In this document: positions 1-10,770 of the stretch, in pieces | How the letters are laid out: every line of letters begins with the position of its first letter | How positions within the stretch are numbered: the stretch's first letter is position 1 | NCBI RefSeq assembly: GCF_016432865.1 | Contig: NC_067401.1 | Span: forward strand, 132,618,001-132,682,000 | DNA from: Antechinus flavipes | Lineage: Eukaryota | Reading direction: 5' to 3' | Length of the DNA stretch: 64,000 bases | Position numbers and translations under genes: made by a program | Notes under the pieces: model-generated | The model's database searches: none | Seen by the model: only the letters and a program-made list of their open reading frames with translations | What the model was told of the DNA's origin: nothing

Positions 1-1261
1 TAAAAAATATTAATAGTCTTTTTTTAACTTTAAAATCTCTCTTATGCAAAGGTAGGTCAATCAGAACAATGAATTTATCTAGTCTATTTTAAGGCAATTT
101 CTATTTAGCACATTTTTAAAAGATCTCATTCTGGACTTACTAAGAGACATATCTTTTAAAGAGCATTAAACACTGCCCATAATACTGACATAAGTACCTT
201 TTATTAACTGAAACAATGCATACTCTAATTTCTCCTCATGTAGATTTGTTTTTGTGAATACCAGACATATCATGATGGTGAGCTAAATTAAACACACAAT
301 GAGTTACACAATCTTCGAGTCAGAAGAGGCCCCAGAGACCACATAATCCAACCTGCACGTGTACTGAAATTCTTTCTAAAATATTCTTGACATGTAATCC
401 TTGTTGGAAGACCTCCAGTTATAGAGATTCTGTGATTCTACTTTATAGAATACCACACAACATTACATCATAAAATAATTGTAATTTTTAGAGAGTTTGG
501 AGCCTTGCTATTTTATATTCCAAGAGTTAAATGATACCTAAATGATTTCTTTTACTGCATCATGACACCTGTATAAAATGTATATGCCACTTTGTGGATA
601 TTGTAGGTGACACTTAAGGCAATACAATATTGTTACAAAGTGCTACCTAACTTAAGCTAAGAGGAAAGCAATGTGCCACAATATCAATTACCCAGCAGGA
701 TGTAATGTTCAAGCTATCTACCAAATGGTGCTCTATTCAAGACAACATTCAAGGAATCTGGTCTGAGAATCTCTGACACGTGTGCAAGAGAACCTCCTAT
801 AATGCCATCTCATGCATTCAAATGCCAGTATAGAATAGTTTAAAACTCATACTAGTCACACAATGAGCTAATGTAAGCAAGGAAAAAAGGAACCTTGAGA
901 TCTGTATACCAACATAGTGAGTCTTGCTACTTCCTGGTGGTTTATAATTTTTTGTTTTTTATTATGGGAATTTCTGGGATCTCTATACCTTCTCAACTGA
1001 GATAAAACAAATTATAAAAAATATAACCTATATTTTATTATATTGTTAATAAATTGAATAATAAAAATTTCTAAATAGGGAAATAAATTCTCATTCTTGT
1101 AAATCTTATGAATTATGTCTCAACCATATTTATTACATACCATGTTCATGTAGTACATTTATCTTTCCCAAATGAACATATAAGAATGTATTTTTAATAA
1201 TGATGTCTATAGCAGGAATAGTCATTATAATTTATTGTCATTCAGCTTTTTCAGACATGTC

Positions 1262-1490
1262 TGAATTTTCATGACTTATTTGCAATTTCCTTGGCAAAGA
1301 CACTAGAGTGATTTGCCATTACCTTCTTCAACTCATTTTACAAATGAGTAAACTGAGGCAGACCTAATTATGTGATTTGTCCAGAGTCCAATAGCTACTA
1401 AGTGTATAAGACCAGATTTCAACTTAGGAAAATGAATCTTCTTGACTTCAGTCAAGCATTTTATTCATCATACTATCTGACTGCCTGGTC
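1262..1490 (-). mobile_element. Mar1/MIR CORE-SINE fragment
   Basis: TTGGCAAAGA...TTTGCCATT...CATTTTACAAATGAGTAAACTGAGG pattern; boundaries approximate. Confidence 0.7.
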
Positions 1491-2205
1491 ATCATAATGC
1501 ACCCTTTGAGATTGAGAACTGTGGTTTAAGCAGATTGAATATCAATTTATGAGAATTTACCTCTTTCTTTAAAGACAGATTGCCATTTTAGAAAAGTTTC
1601 TAAAAAGAGATTAATCAACTGTACTTCTTTTTACTACACATAGCAAATGAGTAATTAGGCAGAAAAAATAGTGTTTCTTTGATGTCATCAAATGTATGGC
1701 CACAAAAAGTTGGTCTAGTCATATAGTAAGAATGAAGGACAACTAAATACTTACATTCTTCTTTGGTATTCACTTGGTATCTAAAGAAAGGATACTTAGC
1801 GTTACCCTATCCCACGGTGACTTTATGAGAAAACATGGATGAGTTACACCAGAAGGATGGGTTGTCATCTGTATCATGAATCACTTTGGTATGACAAAAG
1901 ATAGATTCTTGAATATTCACCTCAAAATAGTTTACCTACCAAAATAACACTGCATAGCAAGAGAAATATGATGTAATAGGTGACATGATATGTTGAGGGA
2001 ATTTTTTTGAAAATAGGCTAGGAAACTGACTTTGGTGTCAAAATCAAAATTAGATGAGTTCAAATTCAGGAAGCAAAATTTTTTCTTAATGACATTGGGT
2101 ATTGCATGTCATCATTACTCAAACAAAAATTCTCATTTAATTGGCAAAAACCATTAACGTGGAAATGTTTTTGTCTTCTGGAAGTCCAGCAGTACTTGGC
2201 CAAGA

Positions 2206-2213
2206 TATATAAA
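2206..2213 (+). promoter_or_regulatory. TATA box of the KRTAP2-like gene
   Basis: TATATAAA(GGG) about 90 bp upstream of the ATG. Confidence 0.85.
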
Positions 2214-2295
2214 GGGCTCAGAACAGGTCAGAGCATTCAGATCTGAAAAACCAACTACTCCTTCCACTCAAACCAAACCAAAATCAACCAACATC

Positions 2296-2751
2296 ATGGT
2301 CAGCTCCTGCTGTGGCTCTGTCTCCTCTGGCTGTTGCCAGCCTAGTTGCTGCCAGTCCAGCTGCTGTCAGCCCTGCTGTGGTCAGTCCTGTTGTGGCCAG
2401 TCCAGCTGTTGCCAGCCCTGCTGCCCACCCAGGTGCTGCCTGCCAGTCTCCTGCCAAACCACCGTGTGCCGCCCAGTGAGCTGTGTGCCCAGGTGCAGCC
2501 GCCCCATTTGTGACACCTGTTGCCCCCGTCGCTGCTGTCCCCCTTGCTGTGGACAAGATGGCTGCTGCTGCCCCATCTCCTGCTGCCCCACCTCCTGCAC
2601 AGCTGTGGTCTGCAGACCTTGCTGCTGGGCTTCCACCTGCTGCCAGCCTATTTCTGTGCAGTCTCCTTGCTGCAGACCCCCCTGCTGCCAGCCAGCCCCT
2701 TGCCGCACCACCTGCCACAGCTGCCCCACTTGCTGCTCTTCCTGCTGCTGA
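2296..2751 (+). CDS. KRTAP2: Keratin-associated protein, KRTAP2 family (151 aa, 51 Cys = 34%), single exon
   Basis: Intact ORF with the KAP2 signature blocks [19 protein letters not shown] and [32 protein letters not shown]; TATATAAA at 2206-2213 and AATAAA at 2961-2966. The exact paralog number cannot be assigned. Confidence 0.93.
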   Translation: MVSSCCGSVSSGCCQPSCCQSSCCQPCCGQSCCGQSSCCQPCCPPRCCLPVSCQTTVCRPVSCVPRCSRPICDTCCPRRCCPPCCGQDGCCCPISCCPTSCTAVVCRPCCWASTCCQPISVQSPCCRPPCCQPAPCRTTCHSCPTCCSSCC

Positions 2752-2960
2752 GCATATATGATCTCTTCAAGATATCCAAGTCAGATTGAAAATATTGTCT
2801 CATGAGGTGCTAATATTCATCATTACATTCTTCCCATTGGGCAGTATCCAACCTATCCAGGTCTTTTCTGCACATCAAATTTTGGAATTTTTATGTCCCT
2901 GTTAAAGAAATATATTCTACCAATGAAAAATTTTATGTTCCCATGATCTGTTTACATTCT

Positions 2961-2966
2961 AATAAA
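2961..2966 (+). terminator. Polyadenylation signal, KRTAP2-like gene
   Basis: AATAAA about 210 nt after the stop, followed by T-rich sequence. Confidence 0.75.
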
Positions 2967-3065
2967 CTTGATTTTTTTCAAGACAAGAAAACCACTTGAT
3001 TTGTATCATTTTACCATTTTACATATTCCCATCAATGAGAATTCATTGAGATTACATACCAATCT

Positions 3066-4572
3066 CCTAACTTTTGGGATAAGAATTCATTATTTGATAA
3101 AAACTGCTGGGATAACTGGAAATTAGTATGGCAGAAATTAGGCATGGACCCACACTTAACACCATATAACAAGATAAGATCGAAATGGGTCCATGACTTA
3201 GGCATAAAGAATGAGATTATAAATAAATTGGAGGAATATAGGATAGTTTATCTCTCAGACTTGTGGAGGAGAAAGAAATTTGTGACCAAAGATGAACTAG
3301 AGACTATTACCGATCACAAAATAGAAAATTTTGATTATATCAAATTAAAAAGGCTTTGTACAAACAAAACTAATGCAAACAAGATTAGAAGGGAAGCAAC
3401 AAACTGGGAAAACATCTTCACAGTTAAAGGTTCTGATAAAGGCCTCATTTCCAAAATATATAGAGAACTGACTCAAATTTATAAGAAATCAAGCCATTCT
3501 CCAATTGACAAATGGTCAAAGGATACGAACAGACAATTTTCAGATGATGAAATTGAAACTATTACCACTCATATGAAAGAGTGTTCCAAATCATTATTGA
3601 TCAGAGAAATGCAAATTAAGACAACTCTGAGATACCACTACACACCTGTCAGATTGGCTAAGATGACAGGCTTCCTGAATTTGAACTCATCTAATTTTGA
3701 TTTTGACACCAATGTCAGTTTCCTATTGGAAGGGATGCGGGAAAACTGGGACACTGATGCATTGTTGGTGGAACTGTGAACGAATCCAACCATTCTGGAG
3801 AGCAATCTGGAATTATGCCCAAAAAGTTACCAAATTGTGCATACCCTTTGATCCAGCAGTGTTTCTATTGGGCTTATATCCCAAAGAAATACTAAAGAAG
3901 GGAAAGGAACCTGTATGTGCTAAGATGTTTGTGGCAGCCCTGTTTGTAGTGGCTAGAAACTGGAAATTGAATGGATGCCCATCAATTGGAGAATGGCTGG
4001 GTAAATTGTGGTATATGAATGTTATGGAATATTATTGTTCTGTAAGAAATGACCAGCAGGATGAATATAGAGAGGACTGGCAAGACTTACATGAACTGAT
4101 GCTAAGTGAAATGAGCAGAACCAGATCATTATACACTTCAACAACGATATTGTATGAGGATGCATTCTGATGGAAGTGGATTTCTTTGACAAAGAGACCT
4201 GAGTTTCAATTGATAAATGATGGACAGAAGCAGCTACACCCAAAGAAAGAACACTGGGAAACGAATGTGAACTATCTGCATTTTTGTTTTTCTTCCCAGG
4301 TTATTTTTACCTTCTGAATCCAATTCTCCCTGTGCAACAAGAGAACTGTTCAGTTCTGCAAACATATATTGTATCTAGGATATACTGTAACATATCTAAC
4401 ATATACAGGAGGGGGTTGCCATCTAGGGAAGGGGGTGGAAGGAGGGAGGGGAAAAATTGGAACAGAAATGAGTGCAAGGGATAATGTTGTAAAAAAAATT
4501 ACCCTGGCATGGATTCTGTCAATATAAAGTTATTATTAAATAAAATAAAATAAAATATTAAAAAAAAGAAAA
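3066..4572 (+). mobile_element. 5'-truncated LINE-1 (ORF2 C-terminus, 3' UTR, A-rich tail)
   Basis: ORFs 3144-3779 and 3697-4170 translate as the L1 ORF2 C-terminus (MDPHLTPY.KI.SKW, REMQIKTTLRYH.TP.R.A, CWWNC...QPFW); G-rich 3' UTR tract and A-rich tail. Start is approximate and no TSD was found. Confidence 0.93.
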
Positions 4573-5165
4573 ATAGTTAGCAAAAGCAATCAAATATTAA
4601 CAAATATGGAATTAGACATAATATTTCTCATCTGTGTACTCTATTCTCTCCATCTCTACAAATGAATGTGAGAAAGTGTCTCCTCATATCTCTTCTCTGG
4701 GGTCAAGCTAATCTTTGTAATTTGGTTATATTAATATCTTATTGTTTTGTGGTAGTTGTGTTTTCCATTTACATTGTTTCAGTCATTTGGGGTAATGTTT
4801 TCTTTGCTCTACTTATTTTACTTTGTTCGTTTAAGTTTTTTCAGGCATCTCAATAATCATTTTTATCATGTATTATATTACACAATATTCATGTACTATA
4901 ATTTATTTTTCAATTCTCCAATCAATGGATATGTACCTTATTTCCACTTCTTTGTTCTCTCTCTCTCTCTCTCTCTTTCTTTCTCTCTCTCTGTCTCTCA
5001 CATACACACACACACACAGCACAAACTTGCTTTCTTCTTTTGAAAATTACCTATTTATATCCTTTACCATTCATCTGGTAGGGAACAGTCTTAATCTTTC
5101 ATACTTTCATACATAATCTTTCATTATCTCAATTTTCTATATATCTTGGATGTCAGGTTTTTATC

Positions 5166-5703
5166 TGTAATGTTCTTCTCTAAAATATATTGTTCTCTGG
5201 GAGCAGGTTTCTTGGGAGGCTTCTGGAGGCCTCAATGCTCAATGCAAACTCAAATCAGGCAGGAGTTAAAGTCCAAATCCTTTACTTTCTCTTTCCAAGT
5301 ATTGTCTCCTTCCTTGGCCCAGTTAGCTTACTTAGAGGCCTATTTCTCTCCTTGGTTCCAAGAGCTCTTTGCTAGTCCTTTTCCTCTCCAGCTTCAGCCT
5401 CTAGCTTCCTCCTAATCTCTTCAGCCAGCCCAAAGGTGGAAGAAGGAATGACTCTGACTCCACTTCAGAGAGTGGGCTTGTGGGCTTCTGTGACTTGTGA
5501 ATCTTCTCCACTGAATCCTGACTTGTGAATCTTCTGGCGTGCTTCCTGGTGGAGACTCCTAGCTTTAATATGCTCTCTTAAAGGTGTGAAAGGTGTGAAC
5601 TCTAATAAGTACTAAGTACATTTAGAGAACTGTTAAGCATCCTGCCAAACTACCACTGTCTCTATCAATTCCATTGACTTAGCACCTTGTAAGAATCATA
5701 ACA
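5166..5703 (-). mobile_element. Solo ERV LTR (538 bp) with 6-bp TSD TTTATC
   Basis: Minus-strand ends TGTTATG...CATTACA; TTTATC at 5160-5165 and 5704-5709. Confidence 0.88.
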
Positions 5704-6467
5704 TTTATCAAAAAAAAAAAAATGTTGCCAACATTTTCTCCTCAATTTACTAGTTCCCTTCTAATTTTATCTCCAATGATTTTATTGTGCAAAATATCTT
5801 AAATTTTATGTAACCAAAGTTGTCCATTTTATCTCTTGTGAACACTTTCTAATTTTATCAGGAATTTTCACCAAACCAAAATGCAAAATATACCTTCTTC
5901 CTTATTTGCAGCCTGTGATATATAGTGTGAATAGTTGGTCTAAGGCCTATTTATGCCAGATTACTTTCCAGTTTTTCTAGAAGACTTTGTCAAATAAGGA
6001 GATCATAAGTCAGTAGTTGGTATCCTTGAGTTTATTAAATAATACACTTGTATCTTTGATTGCTTCTGGGACTCGTTTATTAATATAAATGTCCAACTTA
6101 TAAACTTTTTTATATTTTAGTCAATATCAAATAGTTCTGATCATATCTACTTTGAATGATAATAAATTTCATCAGCTACTACCACCACCTACCCTACCAA
6201 TGTTGTTTTGAGGGTAAAAAGAGATAACAACAATAATGAATTTATTTACATTTATATGGAATTTTAAAGTTCAGAAATCCTAATTTTATGCTCACACAGC
6301 AACTCTGAGAGATGAGTACAATTATTATTCTCATTTTATAGATGAAAAAATTGAAGTAAATGGATATTAAGCGACTTACTCAGGATCACAGAGGTAGGAC
6401 ATGTCTAAGACTGGATTTGAATTTAGATCATTCTGACTCCAGCTCCACTATTTTATATATGGTGCTA

Positions 6468-6843
6468 TGTAGAGAGCCTGAACTCTGGAGAAGTATACTT
6501 GAAACAAGGTGTTAACTCAGTGGAATTGATGAGATAATGGTTCTCTAGTTCTCATGTATACTTAGTACTTAGTATGGTGATGTAATAATTCTCTAAGTTC
6601 GCACATAATCAGTATTTTGTAATGACGTAATTACTATAAGGTATATAAGGGCTAACAAGGACTGGAAGAGAGACATTTTATCTTTGATCAGTCTCATGGT
6701 GGCTCTCATGCCTCCTGCACTAAAATCAAGACTGGGCCAGAATAAAGACTCTAAACTCTATTCTTGACCATTCTCATGGTGTCTATCCTGCTGAGACCAA
6801 GACCTGTCCGAAGGACCTCCAGAAAGCTAGCCTGAACATTACA
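6468..6843 (+). mobile_element. Solo ERV LTR (376 bp) with 6-bp TSD GTGCTA
   Basis: TGTAGAG...CATTACA; GTGCTA at 6462-6467 and 6844-6849; internal TATATAAG and AATAAA; inserted in a MIR-type SINE. Confidence 0.9.
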
Positions 6844-7354
6844 GTGCTATTTCCCCACCTCTAAAGATGATGTAAGCATCCCAATCTGCAATCACCAAAT
6901 ATTACATAAATATCAACTATTTAGTGAGCTTCACTATTTTTATTATATCAGCCTTGACTTGCAAACAAAAATCAGTCCCTTTAAAGAGAACTTTCTAATA
7001 CACGAGGCAATTCTTAGTCTTCATTTATGGAATATGAATTTGCAACTCTGCCCATTTTGATCTCAGCAGTGTGAACTTTAATCAGTGTGAATTCCAACTC
7101 ATTTATGCTTTGTCATGAACATAATTCTTGTGCATATCCTCTGTAAGTCTTCCAAGGAGTGTGTACTCAGTACACTGGAAGCCTTTTTCTGGATCTTCTA
7201 AGAGTTTGTGAATGTTGTTACAGTATTGAAACATTATGTAAGCTACTCCTCAAGTTCAACACATTCATGGTCAATACATCTCATTTAATAATATTTTGCC
7301 ATTTCTTGTGCACAAATCCTTTTTGTTTGGATTGACCTATTGCTAGATCCCAGC

Positions 7355-7823
7355 TGACAGAGGTAACTCCATCTTTGACCACTGATTCAATCACCTATAT
7401 ACAAGGAACAAGGAACAAACCAACAATTGGTCTTGTCAATTATGCTTAGGTTTAAGAACACAAGATCAGCAGATTTCATCTAATGCATGTATGTAAAGTG
7501 AGCAAATAATCACAGTGCCTTTGTGATTGATATGGGTGGAATGGGGATGGGTGGTTGTCATAATCTAGACCACTTTATTAGTTAATTAACCCTAAGATCC
7601 ACACCCCCCTCCTAGTCTTTGAGAATCTGCCATTAGATTTAAGGATAGAAATTGGAATAGCTGGAGTCTTGATTACAGTATATGTGTATGTCCAAGCCAC
7701 TATCTTTGCATGTCTAAAGCACTCTAAATTGAGAGTCGTATTTCTGGATGCCTGTGAAAAATAAGCTGCTTGATTCTAATTCTTTAAGCATCTATTTTCC
7801 TTCTCCAAGCCTCCTTTCCCTCA
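7355..7823 (+). mobile_element. Probable solo LTR (ERV1-like), 3' boundary approximate
   Basis: Starts TGACAGAGG and contains ACTCCATCTTTGACC, also found inverted in the element at about 34098-34586; no TSD recognised. Confidence 0.5.
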
Positions 7824-8147
7824 ACCTCCTCATAGTATAATTCTACAAGCTACTTATACCATCATGTCATCCATTGCCTGAAATTTTTATTTTTTCTTTA
7901 ATCATTCTACTAAATAAGATAATGATTTTGAGTTCTACTAATTGGAAAATTATTCTCAAAGCAAGATTATCAAATAGAAATGTATGAGGTCTTTCTATGG
8001 TTATCATATCTTTCATGATATAATATTGACCACTGATTCAATCACCTACATACAAGGAACAAGGAACAAACCAACAATTGATTTGGTCAACTATGCTTAG
8101 GTTTAAGAACACAAGATCAGAAGACTTCATCTAATGCATGTATGTAA
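7375..8147 (+). repeat. 122-bp dispersed direct repeat (7375-7496 / 8026-8147)
   Basis: About 7 mismatches in 122 nt. Confidence 0.92.
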
Positions 8148-10149
8148 TCCATTCAATCTTTTTTTGAATACCTCCATCTCATTCTTCCCAGTACGAGCCA
8201 TTCTAATTTAAGATAACCCTTATTGTTAAGATACTTTCCCTCACATCAAGCTTGAATTTCCTTCTTTGAAATGACTACCCTTTGTTCCAACTTCTACCTT
8301 ACAGGGTCAAAAAAAAAAAAAAAAACCCCACACTGGGATCTCTTTTCTTTTTAAAATATATATCATTTCTTTTTATCATGAACATGGCAGTCCTCACAGA
8401 CATGAATATTTCAATATATGAAGGAGAGAAAATTAAGATATGAGTTTTTGAATCAACTTACATAGCCTGTTTTTAAGTATATACCATTTAACATGGAAGT
8501 AGCAACCACATCTTTCTTTTTTGTATTCCAATCTGAACTTCCTTTTGGCCTTTCTATACACTTAAAAAAAATTATATAACATATGTCTTTGAAATGTTAT
8601 GATTTTCAAATTTCACAGTGTCTACATTAATCCTACACATTTACATTGTTTATTTTTTTCTATAAGTACTCCCTAGTACTCATTTTTGGGAACAATAAAT
8701 CAATGGCAGTCCTATTCCATTAAAGCTATGCATTGAAATACTTTTTTTTTTCTAAAGTAGCAAGACAAGATAATGTATTTTCACCATTTCTTTTTTTACA
8801 GTGTGGTTCAGTACCTGAGTTTTAATTCAGAGCAGCAGCATCACTGCAGAGCAATAAATTATATTGAAATAAATGTGTTGGGTTACAAAACAAATATACT
8901 TTCCCCCCCTATTTTTCTATCTTTCCCATTACTCCCACTTCTACCAAATAAGAAAAAAAAAAAAAAAAAAAAAAAGAAATCCCTCTATCCATAGCTACAT
9001 AGTCTGACAAAATAAACATTGTCTATGACCTGTTGGCCATATCTAAAAATGTTATCTCTCTGCATTTTAAGTTCATCACTTCTCTGTCAAGAAGTCAATG
9101 GCATGTTTCATCTCATTGTTTTGGTCTAGTGGTTTGTTGTTGCATTGATCAGCATTTTAAAATTTTCCATATTTTTTCTCTCAAATGTTATTATCATTGT
9201 ATAAGTTGTTTTCCAAGTTTTGTGAATGTTTTACTCTGCGTGAGTTTATTGTGGTCTTTATAATTTCCCCAGAAACTGTCCTTTTTGTTACTTCTTATGG
9301 CACAATAATTTGAATGTCTTTTTCATATAATCATGCTTTGAATATTTGAAAACTATTATTAGTTCTTGCCTTCTCTCCCTCCTCCCCCCCTTATCTTACC
9401 GTGAGTCTTCTCTTCCTTACATACATATATCCCAGTTCTTTTGACCAATCCTTATATGGAAAGCATCTGATGCTACAGTTGTCCTCTTATGGAAACTCTC
9501 CAGCTTATCAATGTTCTCAAAATTGCAGACCCAGAACTGAACAGTATAAATCTATGAGTAGTAGAACCAGGACAGAGCAGGATTATTACCTATTATTATT
9601 GATTTATGATGACTTACTGAAACTCTACTTCTCATCCCATCCCAAGATTTCATTAAACTTTTTGACTGCTAGGTCACACTTATTGATGTAAACTAAACTT
9701 GTAGTCCATTACAATCTCCAGATATATCTTTAAGATTATTTCTGATTAGCTATCCCTCCCCCAACAGAGTACTTCTGAAATTGATTTTTTTAACCTAAGT
9801 GTAATAATTTACATTTATTTCTGTTAAATTAAGTTTCTCCCCCTTCAACCCAGTAGTCTAAACTTTCAAACTTTTGAGATCTTGATTCTATCCTTAAGTG
9901 TGTTTATTATCTCTCCCTTGGGAACATAAAAAAATAGTAGCTTGTGTTTATCAGTTAAACTTTCAAATGAAGAATTGACACATGAAAAATAAAGTCTAAA
10001 GCTTATATGTTAATGACAGAATCTTTGAGAGATGAGACACTGCCTCGTCATTTTCTAGTTATAAAGATACAATGAGTATTCACTGAGCAACAAAGCAAAT
10101 CCAATTTTATTGCTTTGGTAATATTTTAAAAATAGCTCATGAGCCTGTG

Positions 10150-10229
10150 ATCAGAGGGAACAAGCTTGACAATAATAAAATGGAAGTGCTGACTGTCACA
10201 TAAACATTAGCTCCAAGAGGTTTATAAAA
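10150..10229 (+). promoter_or_regulatory. KRTAP1-A core promoter (ATCAG / GGAA / forkhead-like ATAAACA / AGCT / TATA)
   Basis: ATCAGAG 10150, GGAA 10182, ATAAACA 10200, AGCT 10209, TATAAAA 10223; the same order occurs in the other three KRTAP1 promoters. Confidence 0.7.
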
Positions 10230-10305
10230 GGCTGAATGTCCAAGTTCAAGCAAATTTGAAAAAACGTCATTTCATAAGTAAAACAGAAACAGACTTATTG
10301 ATACC

Positions 10306-10770
10306 ATGTCTTGCTGCAACACCTGCTCCACCAGCTTCTGTGGTTTCCCCAGTTGTTCTACTGGAGGGAACTGTGGATCTAACTGCTGTCAGGACAGCTG
10401 TGGAACTAGTTGCTGCCAACAGGGTGGCTGTGGAAGCAGCTGTGGTGCTAGCTGTGGAACCAGCTGCTGCCAACAGGGTGGCTCTGGGATCAGCTCTGGG
10501 GCTGGCTGTGCACCTCCTTGTGAGACCACTTGCACAACCAGGTGTTACCAACCCCCATGCTGTGGATGTGAGAGCTGCCGCACCAGGTGGTGTCGGCCAG
10601 ATTGTAGAGTTGAAGGAACCTGCCTGCCATCTTGTTGTGTGGTTAGTTGCACTCCCCCATCTTGCTGCCAGCTGCATCATGCCCAGGCTTCTTGCTGCCG
10701 CCCATCCTACTGTGGTCAGTCTTGCTGCCGTCCAGCCTGCTGCTGCTACTGCTGTGAACCCACCTGCTAA
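10306..10770 (+). CDS. KRTAP1: Keratin-associated protein, KRTAP1 family, copy A (154 aa)
   Basis: Intact ORF; N-terminal TSFCGFPSCS and the KAP1 C-terminal domain RWCRPDCRVEGTCLP.CCVVSCTPPSCCQLHHAQASCCRPSYCGQSCCRP.CCC; TATAAAA at 10223; AATAAA at 10979 and 11030. Confidence 0.95.
   Translation: MSCCNTCSTSFCGFPSCSTGGNCGSNCCQDSCGTSCCQQGGCGSSCGASCGTSCCQQGGSGISSGAGCAPPCETTCTTRCYQPPCCGCESCRTRWCRPDCRVEGTCLPSCCVVSCTPPSCCQLHHAQASCCRPSYCGQSCCRPACCCYCCEPTC

Noticed and set aside
2284-2729. Antisense Ala/Gly- and Gln/Gly-rich ORFs over KRTAP2 (likewise 10267-10680, 18052-18505, 32247-32634, 37351-37813, 50127-50342, 63071-63292), some resembling SPRR or loricrin-type repeats
   Set aside because: Expected shadows of TGC/TGT/CAG/CCC-rich KAP codons, which rarely create antisense stops; no independent promoter or poly-A evidence.
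3144-4170. 211-aa and 157-aa ORFs as host genes (also 25833-26602, 53182-53500, 59856-60176, 51841-52236)
   Set aside because: Fragments of L1 ORF2 or RTE reverse transcriptase, truncated and frameshifted.
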